A DNA stretch of 56,380 nt from Acidobacteriota bacterium (GTDB lineage: Bacteria; Bacteroidota; Ignavibacteria; Ignavibacteriales; SURF-24), in contig JBLMYS010000361.1 in assembly GCA_050258415.1 (NCBI GenBank), positions 1 to 56,380 on the forward strand, given 5' to 3'. Positions 8,901 to 17,426 of the stretch are shown here, piece by piece; positions within the stretch are counted from its first letter, which is position 1, and each line of letters opens with the position of its first letter. The notes beneath the pieces were generated by a model that did not search any database, was not told where the DNA came from, and saw nothing but the letters and a program-made list of their open reading frames with translations. The position numbers were made by a program, and so were the translations under genes.

Positions 8901-9320
8901 AAGGGCTTCATCTTTAATTATCTCCTTAAATTCCTTTGAGGAGAAATTAAACTCGAATTTCTCAGAATTTCTATCATCTTCATGGAAATAAAAGGTACAT
9001 ACGGCATAAGAGCTGCGCCTTTCATCTTCAAAAGAAGAAATAGACACTCCGGCTTCATTTCTTCCTCTTAGTCCAGGAGTAAGCTCAAGGCCCCCGGTTG
9101 TCAGAGTTCTTAAGAATTCTATACTTTCTGAGATCTTAAGTTTAACTATCCCGGAACTCTCAGGAGTAAAAAGGTCTGAAATATTCTCCAGGCTATGGTA
9201 TTCCTGCCTGATGGATTCGCCTTCAGAATTCGCGTGAAGAATTCTGCCGTCTTTGTCCACAATGAAAGAAGGAACTTTCAGTCCATTTAGAATTCTTAAT
9301 ATGTCAGTTTTTAATGTCAT
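5979..9320 (-). CDS. Multi-PAS hybrid sensor protein (PAS domains, HisKA, degenerate HATPase, receiver)
   Basis: Several PAS/PAC motifs (RKKDGS, KKSDGS), H-box MFHEILTPMN, and a C-terminal receiver (VED, MDINL, TA, KP). Confidence 0.85.
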   Translation of the reverse strand: MTLKTDILRILNGLKVPSFIVDKDGRILHANSEGESIRQEYHSLENISDLFTPESSGIVKLKISESIEFLRTLTTGGLELTPGLRGRNEAGVSISSFEDERRSSYAVCTFYFHEDDRNSEKFEFNFSSKEFKEIIKDEALIKIFDEIKSSFPFTFLGKSRIQNEVNRLDEFFWLKDAGGRYILVNLLFAQFLGLKPSQVEGKYERDFVPRHFSEMLLSVDKYMKETANTVIRNGFPLYQLNGEASRIIELPLCDLDNKVIATLGVSQKNFYADTLKENNSELIENAFKCLPKMLIIADKDGIIKSKSGDLAALKIPGLNPGMPLSQYLPEGLESEAERFFDSEATLDQLELKKEITLGTKVIPFVFHFRKIYNYRGKPEGFLLLIEEDHSQSGNSNTIGNKEKMYEILMQTSPEPMFIYDIENLRFLDVNQAALHVYGYSRHEFLQMDLTDLYAPEDIQTLLDTSSSRNKEGVFTGPWRHRKKDGSSLLVEISRSTFDYQGKRAHFNIVRDVTQKAELEKNSQFFNAAFNNISDLIFITDPEGFITKVNDSVTKVLGYSRAELDMRPFLTLATDSYRAEINTSIFYSKAQKPVSLDAELKKSDGSLLEVSLVAIPVFDYDEQVSSFSVVVRTKQTAKGREAEIYYTGDNTKPECAEDALMKKPHSSIDPGFLSSMFHEILTPMNVILGFIQELTENIESPTAEQKESIDIINQNRTLLMQTMDSVLEYSHIEQNRVEVNAQRVFFTEIVDDLQKDLSRIMSENKIMFNYGKISTSLNFETDRHRMESFLAMFIKMAMRITKEGSIFISAYQYDDQYCLISLKDRRNSISLYLLENIAELFTSEEQNIKKDFGVSKLTIRLVRRLLGLLLGKVEVVKRSNEPSEFGFLFPLVYKKPDNKGDETQDFQSADPEENFRQDKTGKREYTPHVSSVEEEDMDIIEEGEITDGLEEALKQDEPVKVFDPDIKEAFPGTATAPRARAEEKPHSRTSGIDLSRLQCLYVEDQVDSQILFRVQMKDLKHVDSVASFEAALPLLEENRYDFIVMDINLQGEYNGLDALRIIRRLPGYRNVPVIAVTAYILAGDKEKFIAAGFNGFISKPVMRDKVMETLEKII

Positions 9321-9392
9321 AAATTAGTTTAACGGGGTCTCTCACCATAAGTGATCATGTACTGAATCAAACCAATGCTTCCCCCAAATAGG

Positions 9393-10361
9393 TTATTCCT
9401 TTGGTATTGTAACAGATATCTCGTCTGACCAGTCAGATTTTCCCTCTCCTGTAAAAGCCCTGATCCTGTAGGTATAAATCTGATATGCATTCATCTGTTT
9501 TGTGTCCTCGTAATGCCTGATGCTGGGAAGCAGGATGGCAAGCTGGGAATAATCACCCCAGCCCTTGCGTTCAATCTCAAATCCCAGAATGCTTTCAGAA
9601 GCAGCAGGAAAGATCCAGTCGATTTTTACTCCCGTCTTTGATGCCGAAGCAGTAAGGCTTATCGGGTGCGGTATCATGCTGTTTGAGCCTGTGGTGCCGA
9701 TAATATTGCTGAATTCGGATTTGATGGTGTCTCTGTAAGCCCTGATTTTATAATAATAAGTCATGCTTTCAGAAGGCACCTGGTCGTTGACTGTAGTATT
9801 GTTTCGCGGAATAGCTGTATATACGATATGAAACTGACCATCCTGTCCATCTTTCCGCCATAATTCAAAGCCGTCCTCATTATTCGAGTTATCTTTCCAG
9901 CTAAGATTAAAAGCAGTATTACTGTTTTCAAACTTTCTTAATGAAAGGTCGGACGGGGCACTGGGAGGCTCATGGCTTTCGGAAATGAATACGCCCGTAA
10001 TCTCCTTGCTTTTGGTAGAGTTCCCCCCACCATCGTAGGCTACTATATAGTAACTCGCTTTTGTGTTGGCAAGCGTAGAATCCACATTCCAGTAAATTAC
10101 AGGATTTGTCCCGTCGGGATTGGGTTCGACGTGACTGACAAACTTCCCGTTGACGTAAAGCTCAAAGTAAGCTATCTTCTGGTCATCTGCAGCGCCATAG
10201 CTTATGGCCTGTTTACCGACAGTTACCGTATCGTTAACATCCGGCTTATAGATTTCCAGAGTGGGAGCCAGTTTGTCGGGCGAATTCGTCGAATCGGCGC
10301 AGCCGCCCAGCATAAAAGCCAGGAAAATTATACCTGTAATATGTAAATAAATATTTTTCAT
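9393..10361 (-). CDS. Lipoprotein with Ig-like and fibronectin type III domains
   Basis: Lipobox LGGC; AYDGGGN (Ig-like); PSAPSDL..LSWKDNSNNEDGF and Y.YRIRA (FN3). Confidence 0.75.
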   Translation of the reverse strand: MKNIYLHITGIIFLAFMLGGCADSTNSPDKLAPTLEIYKPDVNDTVTVGKQAISYGAADDQKIAYFELYVNGKFVSHVEPNPDGTNPVIYWNVDSTLANTKASYYIVAYDGGGNSTKSKEITGVFISESHEPPSAPSDLSLRKFENSNTAFNLSWKDNSNNEDGFELWRKDGQDGQFHIVYTAIPRNNTTVNDQVPSESMTYYYKIRAYRDTIKSEFSNIIGTTGSNSMIPHPISLTASASKTGVKIDWIFPAASESILGFEIERKGWGDYSQLAILLPSIRHYEDTKQMNAYQIYTYRIRAFTGEGKSDWSDEISVTIPKE

Positions 10362-10423
10362 TTAAGCCTCACTTACGCCAGAAATGACCTTAATTTATTC
10401 TTTTTGTTAAGGCAGCCAGGGAA

Positions 10424-12322
10424 TTAAATTGAAGGGCTGTCATAATCCACAAAATATGAAAAAGCATCACCGGCATCTATTTTATCAATTTTTAATCTCA
10501 GCACCTGGTTTTTCCGGTCAAAACTATACCTGGGTATTTTTGTTCCGAATATATCGGATGAGAGCTGAATGTTTGTCATATCCCTGTTCAGGTTAACCTG
10601 TACGATCACGTTGCTCACCTGAATATTACCGGGATTTGAGATTTCGACGGCAATCCTTCTTGAACTCCTCATCTCGGCATTAACTTCAAGATTGCTTTTT
10701 GAAAGCCACCAGTCCCTGACCTCAGGAGCAGTCGTTATCCATATATTCTTTTGCCTCATATACCTTATGAGCTCTCTTACGACATCCACGTACTGGGGCT
10801 GACACTGAAAATCTGTATGCATCTTAAAGATATAAAGCCCCCCTTCAAAAAGGAGCCTGTCTATATCCTCTTCATATGTATATACCTGGAATTCCTTTTC
10901 AGTAAGCCCGTAATTTCTTATGACCTCGTAGTCATCCCTTGCAGTCTTGGTAAAGGAAACTATTCTTTTGTCCCCTTTTATAATTGTCTTGGGCACTGAC
11001 CTGTCGGTAAGTGAATCTGTAATGATATAACTATAGCCTGCATCAATCAGAGCTCTTACGGAATTATCGTCGTAAAGGCCGTAGAGCGGAACAGCTCCCT
11101 TTCCGGCATGTCCCGGCAATCTTGAAAGGCTGAGCCTGGACTGGTTGAAATGGTTGAGCTGTGTATTGTAATCGTAGAGCTTATTTACTGTGTCGTTTAC
11201 CGAGGCAAGATATCCCAGGTCAACAATAGACCCCAGCTCGCCGTAATTGTGCAGATTACTTAGAATATCCCTGTGCTCATCTACTGCCGTGGGTTCGGCG
11301 AAGAATGCCATGGGCACTTTTTCGGAATTTATGATGCCATAAAGGTTCTGCACATTATATGCATTTGCACCTATAAAAGGCAGAATGATGGCTGCCGATT
11401 CATGAGAGTCGGGCCAGTCCCGTACAAAAGCCGTTGGTTCATAAGTAAGCCAGTTAATTGAATTCTGGAACAGCCTGCCGAAGTTGATATAATCTTCCTT
11501 CTGGCCGATTACTGAGTTCAGTTCAAATCCCATCCATACGAATCTTCCGTGGCCGTAGGTGCCGTAGGCAATTCCGGCGCTTTTACTTATTTCCTCTCTC
11601 ACAAGCCCAAGTTCAGTCCTGAAGTTGTACCAGAAACTTACCTGAACGGTCCTTGGGTCGAGAATCTCGCACTCCATGGGTCGGTCCCAGGTTGCAATCT
11701 TTAGCGTATAACCGGTTGGTATGCCGGCCGTAAGCGGAAGTCCGCCTCTCAAAGTATGGATCTTTGTGTATTCCTCAGGTGTAATCTCTTTGGTAAATTT
11801 AAGGCCGAAGACTTCGCTGAAGAAATCCCAGCCTCTCCACTTTCCGTTATCTGAAAACGAGGAGGTTCCGCTGGTTGCAAATACGCTTCCCCCTTTTTCA
11901 ATAAATCTTTTGATCTGGGAAACTTCCCTGTCGCTTAGGGATTTTGCCCCGGGCAGTATAAGGAGTTTATACTTGAAGTGTTCACCAAGTTCAATAGCCT
12001 GGTCGCTAATGACTTCGCTTTTAATCTTCGAGGACCTGAGGAAGTTTTTCCATGTATTGATATTGTCATTAAGCCAGGTACTTCCCTGCGGCAGGAGGTT
12101 TTCGGTATACCTGGAATACAAGATGGCAGCCGTAGGCTCACCATCTGAGCTTAAGAAGCTGAGATTCGCTCTTGTAGGCAGGATCTCTGAGATGTTATAG
12201 TTTCCGTAAACACCTTTTATGATAAATAGGAATATGAGCACTGCCGCGGTCAGTATAACCAGTCCCGTCAGCAGGATCATAAGCTGATTTACTTTTATCC
12301 TATTTACTGTTTTTATCGCCAC
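10424..12322 (-). CDS. Membrane-anchored protein with a class I GATase-like domain and a degenerate polysaccharide-deacetylase-like domain
   Basis: N-terminal TM helix; YKLLILPG...FIEKGG; C-terminal GG...F..H...IW...EV.DWW pattern. Confidence 0.55.
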   Translation of the reverse strand: MAIKTVNRIKVNQLMILLTGLVILTAAVLIFLFIIKGVYGNYNISEILPTRANLSFLSSDGEPTAAILYSRYTENLLPQGSTWLNDNINTWKNFLRSSKIKSEVISDQAIELGEHFKYKLLILPGAKSLSDREVSQIKRFIEKGGSVFATSGTSSFSDNGKWRGWDFFSEVFGLKFTKEITPEEYTKIHTLRGGLPLTAGIPTGYTLKIATWDRPMECEILDPRTVQVSFWYNFRTELGLVREEISKSAGIAYGTYGHGRFVWMGFELNSVIGQKEDYINFGRLFQNSINWLTYEPTAFVRDWPDSHESAAIILPFIGANAYNVQNLYGIINSEKVPMAFFAEPTAVDEHRDILSNLHNYGELGSIVDLGYLASVNDTVNKLYDYNTQLNHFNQSRLSLSRLPGHAGKGAVPLYGLYDDNSVRALIDAGYSYIITDSLTDRSVPKTIIKGDKRIVSFTKTARDDYEVIRNYGLTEKEFQVYTYEEDIDRLLFEGGLYIFKMHTDFQCQPQYVDVVRELIRYMRQKNIWITTAPEVRDWWLSKSNLEVNAEMRSSRRIAVEISNPGNIQVSNVIVQVNLNRDMTNIQLSSDIFGTKIPRYSFDRKNQVLRLKIDKIDAGDAFSYFVDYDSPSI

Positions 12323-12753
12323 TTTAGGTTTTCCCCTGTTTTGGTTTTGTTAACAGGCACGTAGCCTTCGGAGGTATATTTCATGAATTTCTTATTTGTC
12401 GGATTTTCATCAAATTCAGATTCAGGCTGTTGATAGTCCTGCCTTGAACGGACCTGCTGTGCAGATGTATGGCTCTGAGAAGTCTGCTGAGCAACAGGAG
12501 GCCTGAATTCAGGGTTCGGCCTCTGATACTGCTCTGGGTATGCCGGAGCAGCCTGCATTGCAGGAGTGCCCTGCGGCAATGTGGCCTGGTTTGGAGTAAA
12601 GATTTCAGCTTCTATATACCGCGGGGCAGGTGCGCCCGAGGTGCGCCCTTTCCTTTCACGCATTTTATATAGTATATAAGCTCCTATAGCCAGAATAAAG
12701 GTGCTGATAGTAGCAACCAAAATAATAAATGATAGTATCGGAATCAGTTCCAT
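12313..12753 (-). CDS. Single-pass membrane protein with a Pro/Gln-rich tail
   Basis: Hydrophobic N-terminus followed by a low-complexity region; overlaps the next gene in the operon. Confidence 0.6.
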   Translation of the reverse strand: MELIPILSFIILVATISTFILAIGAYILYKMRERKGRTSGAPAPRYIEAEIFTPNQATLPQGTPAMQAAPAYPEQYQRPNPEFRPPVAQQTSQSHTSAQQVRSRQDYQQPESEFDENPTNKKFMKYTSEGYVPVNKTKTGENLKWR

Positions 12754-12777
12754 TTTGTACCTCTTGGTTTTTCAAAA

Positions 12778-14172
12778 TTATCCATTTCCTATTCTTTCCA
12801 GTTTTCCCCAGTTCATCTCAATACCCAAAAACTCTTCAACCGTAGCCATAGCTTTCGTAATATCGATCATCAGAATAAAGATAAGCCTGTATATAAAAGC
12901 ATAAGGAACCAGGCGAATATCCTCCTTTTCAACTGCCACGCAGTAAAGCGCGGTCATAAGATCCAGCAGCGCAATGCCCGCCCACCAGAATGCCAGAAGG
13001 TTACTCATTCCGTAAACAAGTGCAACCATTATAAAGAACAGGTTTGCAAATATATTCATCACCGGCCATATCAGGGCCTCATAAAACATTGACCAAAGTA
13101 CGAGCGAATTGCCGAAATTAAGTGTCGGATTTAAAAGGTGTCTTTTGTGTTTCAGAATCGATTGCAGAATTCCTCTTGTCCATCTGTACCTCTGTTTCAG
13201 AAGCTGGTTTAAGGTTTCAGGAGCTTCTGTGTATGAGACGGCATTCTGCTCATAGTATATCTTCCATCCTGCGGCCATAATATTCAGCGTAAGATCCGCA
13301 TCTTCGGCAAACGTATCGCTTGAGTACCATCCGGCATCCTGTATAGCCTTCTTCCTGAAAATGCCAACGGGACCGGGTATAATGTTTACAAGCTTTATCA
13401 GGCTTTGAGCGCTTCTGGGCATGTTAAGACCTTCCACATATTCCAGTGCCTGAAGGTCAGTTAAAATCTTCTTTCTGTTCAGGACTTTTACATTTCCTGC
13501 TACGGCGCCAATTGAAGGATCTGTAAAGTGCTTTATGCCGTACTTGAGCGTATTTGTTGAAAGCTGCGAATCCCCGTCCATGCAAAGCACAAATTCAGCT
13601 TTTGAATACTGTATTCCTGCATTCAAGGCCTTTGATTTTCCGCCGTTGGGTTTATTTATGAGCGATACTCTGACATTTTCAACCTTGCCTTTATGAACTC
13701 CAACCAGTTCCTCTGCCACTTCCTTTGTGTTGTCTGTTGAGCCGTCATTTACAACTATAATCTCATAGTTCGGATAATCCAGCTCCAGGAGCGACTTAAC
13801 TGAATTTTCAAGCACCTTCCCCTCGTTGTAAACAGGAACTATAATGGAAACAAATGGGAAAAAGTCGCTTTTATTCTCCACGGTGTATTTGGTGATATAG
13901 AGATATGCCATTATCAGGGTTGAAAAATACCTAAACAGGAGAACAAAGAGGAAAATTACCAGGGAAACAATTGAAGAAAATACAAACAGGTTGCTGTATG
14001 AAAGGCCCGTTATCGGTAAAGTAATAACTATAGTTATAATCAGTAAAAAGGATACTATTCCCGTGGAAACTATCGTAGCCATCAGCTTATTGCCAGTGCC
14101 ACTGTCTTCACGCGGTTTTTCAAAATTATCCAGGATAATTTTTCCGCACAGTATTTCCTTGTTTTTTCTCAT
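12778..14172 (-). CDS. Processive GT2 glycosyltransferase (PgaC/IcaA-like)
   Basis: VPVYNE, NDGSTD, GGKSKALN, DGD, AED and QRYRW motifs, with flanking TM helices. Confidence 0.88.
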   Translation of the reverse strand: MRKNKEILCGKIILDNFEKPREDSGTGNKLMATIVSTGIVSFLLIITIVITLPITGLSYSNLFVFSSIVSLVIFLFVLLFRYFSTLIMAYLYITKYTVENKSDFFPFVSIIVPVYNEGKVLENSVKSLLELDYPNYEIIVVNDGSTDNTKEVAEELVGVHKGKVENVRVSLINKPNGGKSKALNAGIQYSKAEFVLCMDGDSQLSTNTLKYGIKHFTDPSIGAVAGNVKVLNRKKILTDLQALEYVEGLNMPRSAQSLIKLVNIIPGPVGIFRKKAIQDAGWYSSDTFAEDADLTLNIMAAGWKIYYEQNAVSYTEAPETLNQLLKQRYRWTRGILQSILKHKRHLLNPTLNFGNSLVLWSMFYEALIWPVMNIFANLFFIMVALVYGMSNLLAFWWAGIALLDLMTALYCVAVEKEDIRLVPYAFIYRLIFILMIDITKAMATVEEFLGIEMNWGKLERIGNG

Positions 14173-14265
14173 GTTAGTTGTCTTTCAGTTAACAAAATGT
14201 CAATTGACTTTACATAATTTCCCAACTGGGTAGAATATTCCCTAAAACTTCATCCACATTAAATA

Positions 14266-14282
14266 TTCAATTTTGATGCCAA
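14266..14282 (-). promoter_or_regulatory. Candidate sigma54 (-24/-12) promoter for the GT2 operon
   Basis: Minus strand TTGGCAT-CAAAA-TTGAA. Spacing is correct, with GA in place of GC at -12. Confidence 0.4.
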
Positions 14283-14330
14283 CCAAATTGACTGTTTTTA
14301 CCATAAATACCATACAAAAGAAGGGTCCCC

Positions 14331-14376
14331 TGTTTCGATTTGAGACAATCTCAAGAGCACTGCTTCATTTTGGACA
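14331..14376. promoter_or_regulatory. Two candidate enhancer-binding-protein sites
   Basis: TGTTTCGATTTGAGACA (14331-14347, TGT-N11-ACA) and TGCTTCATTTTGGACA (14361-14376), upstream of the sigma54-like site. Confidence 0.3.
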
Positions 14377-14514
14377 AGAGGAATTAAATGAAAATATTTT
14401 GAAAATACACTTATAATTTACATCATTGACCAATATAATCCTTAGAAAAAGATCACAATCTTGCACTTAGAGGATTTATATTTTATTTTAACAAAAGACA
14501 AACCAGAGGTTATA

Positions 14515-14865
14515 GTGGCTGGAATACCAAAAAGATATCAGAAATTTACGGAAGATTACCCCCAGGTTGCCGAAGCATATGAAAACCTGGGAGAGGCTGT
14601 CCACCAGGCAGGCCCGCTTGACGAAAAAACAAGGGCACTCATTAAGCTTTCTATTTCCTTAGGAGCCCGTATGGAAGGGGCGGTTCATTCACATACCAGA
14701 AAAGCCCTTAAAGCAGGTCTTAGCCCTGAAGAAATAAGGCATGCCGTTATGCTGGCGCTGCCTACTCTGGGACTTCCTTCCACAATGGCCGGGATGAGCT
14801 GGGTGGATGATGTTTTGGAGGCAAAGGATAAGGATAAACCCGAGGCCCTAAAGGTTCAACCCTAA
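14515..14865 (+). CDS. Carboxymuconolactone decarboxylase/AhpD-like protein
   Basis: GPLDEKTRALIKL...GAVHSH..KA...G...EEI.H pattern. A GTG start at 14515 after AGAGG is preferred over the TTG at 14461. Confidence 0.8.
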   Translation: MAGIPKRYQKFTEDYPQVAEAYENLGEAVHQAGPLDEKTRALIKLSISLGARMEGAVHSHTRKALKAGLSPEEIRHAVMLALPTLGLPSTMAGMSWVDDVLEAKDKDKPEALKVQP

Positions 14866-14871
14866 AGAAAG

Positions 14872-15396
14872 ATGCTTAATAATTTATTCGAGCTTTTTAT
14901 ATCTTTTTTGAAGGTCGGCGGTTTTTCCTTTGGGGGCGCTTATTCACTTATTCCGCTCATAGAGGCCGAAGTTGTTCAGAAACACCAATGGCTCAGCCAT
15001 AACGAGTTCATTAAAGTCCTTGGCATGGTGGAAGTGGTTCCTGGGGCAATATCAATTAAATATGCGACCTATACGGGCTACAAAGTTGCCGGAGTCTGGG
15101 GGGTAATTGCAGCAAACCTGGGCAATATGTTCATGCCCGTTGCCCTTATAAGCCTGGCAGCATATTTCTACAGCCTGTTTGAAAAGAATAAATACATCTT
15201 TAAGAGCTTTGAAGGGGTAAAGTTCGCCGTCATTGGAATGATCATGGCAATTATGGTCCGCTATATCTTTACGAGCTTTACGAGCTGGAAGGGTGTTCTG
15301 TTCATTATTCTCGGATTTGCCCTTACATACTGGCTGAAACTCCATCCTATAGTAATTGTGCTTGGTGCGGCTTTGGTGGCTTTACTGGTTCTTTAA
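14872..15396 (+). CDS. Short-chain chromate ion transporter (CHR family)
   Basis: FSFGGAY, EVV...WL...EF, PG and GY...G motifs; single CHR domain. Confidence 0.82.
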   Translation: MLNNLFELFISFLKVGGFSFGGAYSLIPLIEAEVVQKHQWLSHNEFIKVLGMVEVVPGAISIKYATYTGYKVAGVWGVIAANLGNMFMPVALISLAAYFYSLFEKNKYIFKSFEGVKFAVIGMIMAIMVRYIFTSFTSWKGVLFIILGFALTYWLKLHPIVIVLGAALVALLVL

Positions 15397-15435
15397 TTAT
15401 TAAAGTTTTTTGATGTAAGACTTTTTGGAAAAAAT

Positions 15436-16437
15436 ATGTCACTGGTGCTTAAAGACAGATTCGGCAGGATTCACGATTATTTAAGAATTTCCCTTACCGA
15501 CAGGTGTAATTTCAACTGCATCTATTGCAATCCTCAGATTGAAGCCGCAGAAAAACTGGACAAAAAAGAGATACTGACATTCGGCGAGCTCCTTAGACTT
15601 ATCAGAATCTTCACTACGGAATTTGGGATAAGGAAGATCCGCTTTACAGGCGGTGAACCGATGGTAAGAAATGACATCATTAAATTTTTTGAGGCGCTCT
15701 CCCCTATTCAAAAACAGACCGGGTTCGAATTTGCAATAACAACTAACGGAACCCTCCTTGAAGGTAACCTCCATGCACTAAAAAATGCCGGACTCAACAG
15801 GGTTAATGTAAGCCTTGACTCGCTCCGCCCAGAAGTCTTTAAGTATATTACAGGCTCGGATAAGCTGAACCAGGTAATCAGGAATATACTCTCCCTTGAA
15901 GAAGAAGGCTTTAAGAACATTAAGATCAATACTGTGGTAATAAGAGACATCAACGACGCTGAGGCCGCAGATTTTATAGAGTTTTTCAAGCACCGCGATA
16001 TAACCGTAAGATTCATTGAGTTCATGCCTTTTCAAAATAATGGCTGGAAGAAGGAATCATTTGTAAGTGCTGAAGAGATAAAGGAAAATATCCAGAAACG
16101 ATTCACTCTGAATAAAACAGAGGACAGACTTCAGATTGCAGAGCTCTATGAAGTAAAAGGCTTTAAGGTAAAGACTGGTTTTATTAGGCCCATCTCAATG
16201 CATTTCTGCTCTGAGTGCAACAGGCTCAGACTTAGGGCAAATGGAAAGATGAAACTGTGCCTGTTCGATCCCGCGAAAAATGAAATTGACCTGAAAGAAC
16301 TCTTGCGTAACGGCAGCAGCAATAGCGACATTGTTAAGTTAGTTTCTGAATCCTTAAACCATAAAGCAAAAGAGCACCCCGACATTTACTCGCTCGCTTT
16401 GGGAAATAATAATTCAATGCAGAATATCGGAGGTTAG
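15436..16437 (+). CDS. moaA: GTP 3',8-cyclase (radical SAM)
   Basis: LRISLTDRCNFNCIYC, TGGEP, C-terminal CSECNR...C and terminal IGG. Confidence 0.95.
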   Translation: MSLVLKDRFGRIHDYLRISLTDRCNFNCIYCNPQIEAAEKLDKKEILTFGELLRLIRIFTTEFGIRKIRFTGGEPMVRNDIIKFFEALSPIQKQTGFEFAITTNGTLLEGNLHALKNAGLNRVNVSLDSLRPEVFKYITGSDKLNQVIRNILSLEEEGFKNIKINTVVIRDINDAEAADFIEFFKHRDITVRFIEFMPFQNNGWKKESFVSAEEIKENIQKRFTLNKTEDRLQIAELYEVKGFKVKTGFIRPISMHFCSECNRLRLRANGKMKLCLFDPAKNEIDLKELLRNGSSNSDIVKLVSESLNHKAKEHPDIYSLALGNNNSMQNIGG

Positions 16438-16444
16438 CCACTAT

Positions 16445-16924
16445 ATGAACAGCTTTTCACACCTGGACGAATCGGGCAGGGCTAAGATGGTAGACGTAAC
16501 GGAAAAGCCCGATACTGAACGCACGGCAATTGCCTCGGCAGAAGTGCTCCTTACTGGCGAGATCTTTGAGAAAATTAAAAATAATGAAATTGGAAAGGGA
16601 GACGTACTAACTGTAGCCAAAATTGCAGGAATTCAGGCGGCAAAGAAGACTTACGAGCTGATCCCTTTATGCCATAATATATTTATCTCGAACGTTAAAC
16701 TCTCTCTGGAATTAAATGAGGCAAACAGATCCGTGATAATTACCGCAGAAACAAAAACCGTCTCCAAAACAGGCGTTGAAATGGAGGCACTCACGGCAGT
16801 CAGCGTTGCGGCTCTAACGGTCTTTGATATGTGCAAGGCAATCAGCAAATCGATGGTGATAACAGACATTAAGGTACTTTCAAAAAGCGGGGGCAAGAGC
16901 GGAGACTATAAGCATGGGAAATGA
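16445..16924 (+). CDS. moaC: Cyclic pyranopterin monophosphate synthase
   Basis: MVDV, LIPLCH, GVEMEAL, DMCKA and KSGGKSG motifs. Confidence 0.95.
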   Translation: MNSFSHLDESGRAKMVDVTEKPDTERTAIASAEVLLTGEIFEKIKNNEIGKGDVLTVAKIAGIQAAKKTYELIPLCHNIFISNVKLSLELNEANRSVIITAETKTVSKTGVEMEALTAVSVAALTVFDMCKAISKSMVITDIKVLSKSGGKSGDYKHGK

Positions 16925-17402
16925 TAAAGGTAGAATAATCGCAATTTCCATCAGCACAAGAAAAGGAATACCAAAGGCAAATGTGCCTTCAGCCAGACTC
17001 GTTGAAAACTTCGGCCTTGAAGGGGATGCCCATGCCGGCAACTGGCACCGTCAGGTAAGCCTCCTTGCCCTTGAAAGCATCGAAAAGATGAGGGCTAAAG
17101 GGCTTCCTTCACTCCGCCCCGGCGCATTTGCTGAAAACCTTACTACAGAGTTCTTAAACCTCCCTGTTATAAAAGTGGGCACCAGGATTAAAATCGGGCA
17201 TGAGGCTGAAATTGAAATTACACAGATAGGCAAAGAATGCCACACGCACTGCGCCATTTATCAAAAAACCGGCGACTGCATTATGCCAAGAGAAGGTATT
17301 TTTGCCAGGGTGATTAAGCCGGGTAAGATTTTTATTGGCGACGAGATTCTGGTGCTTAATGAAATAGAAACAGAGCTAAAAAAAGAGCGCCAGGAATATT
17401 AA
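16914..17402 (+). CDS. MOSC domain protein
   Basis: GLEGDAH, RQVSLL, GAFAEN and TQIGKECH..C.I....GDC.MP motifs. Confidence 0.88.
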   Translation: MGNDKGRIIAISISTRKGIPKANVPSARLVENFGLEGDAHAGNWHRQVSLLALESIEKMRAKGLPSLRPGAFAENLTTEFLNLPVIKVGTRIKIGHEAEIEITQIGKECHTHCAIYQKTGDCIMPREGIFARVIKPGKIFIGDEILVLNEIETELKKERQEY

Positions 17403-17422
17403 TTATTCCCGGCACCCTTTTT
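17380..17422 (-). terminator. Intrinsic terminator of the psr/yeeE operon, between convergent genes
   Basis: Minus strand AAAAAGGGTGCCGGGAATA-ATTAA-TATTCCTGGCGCTCTTTTTT. All three DNA-level mismatches are G-U pairs on the minus strand. Confidence 0.75.
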
Positions 17423-17426
17423 ATCA

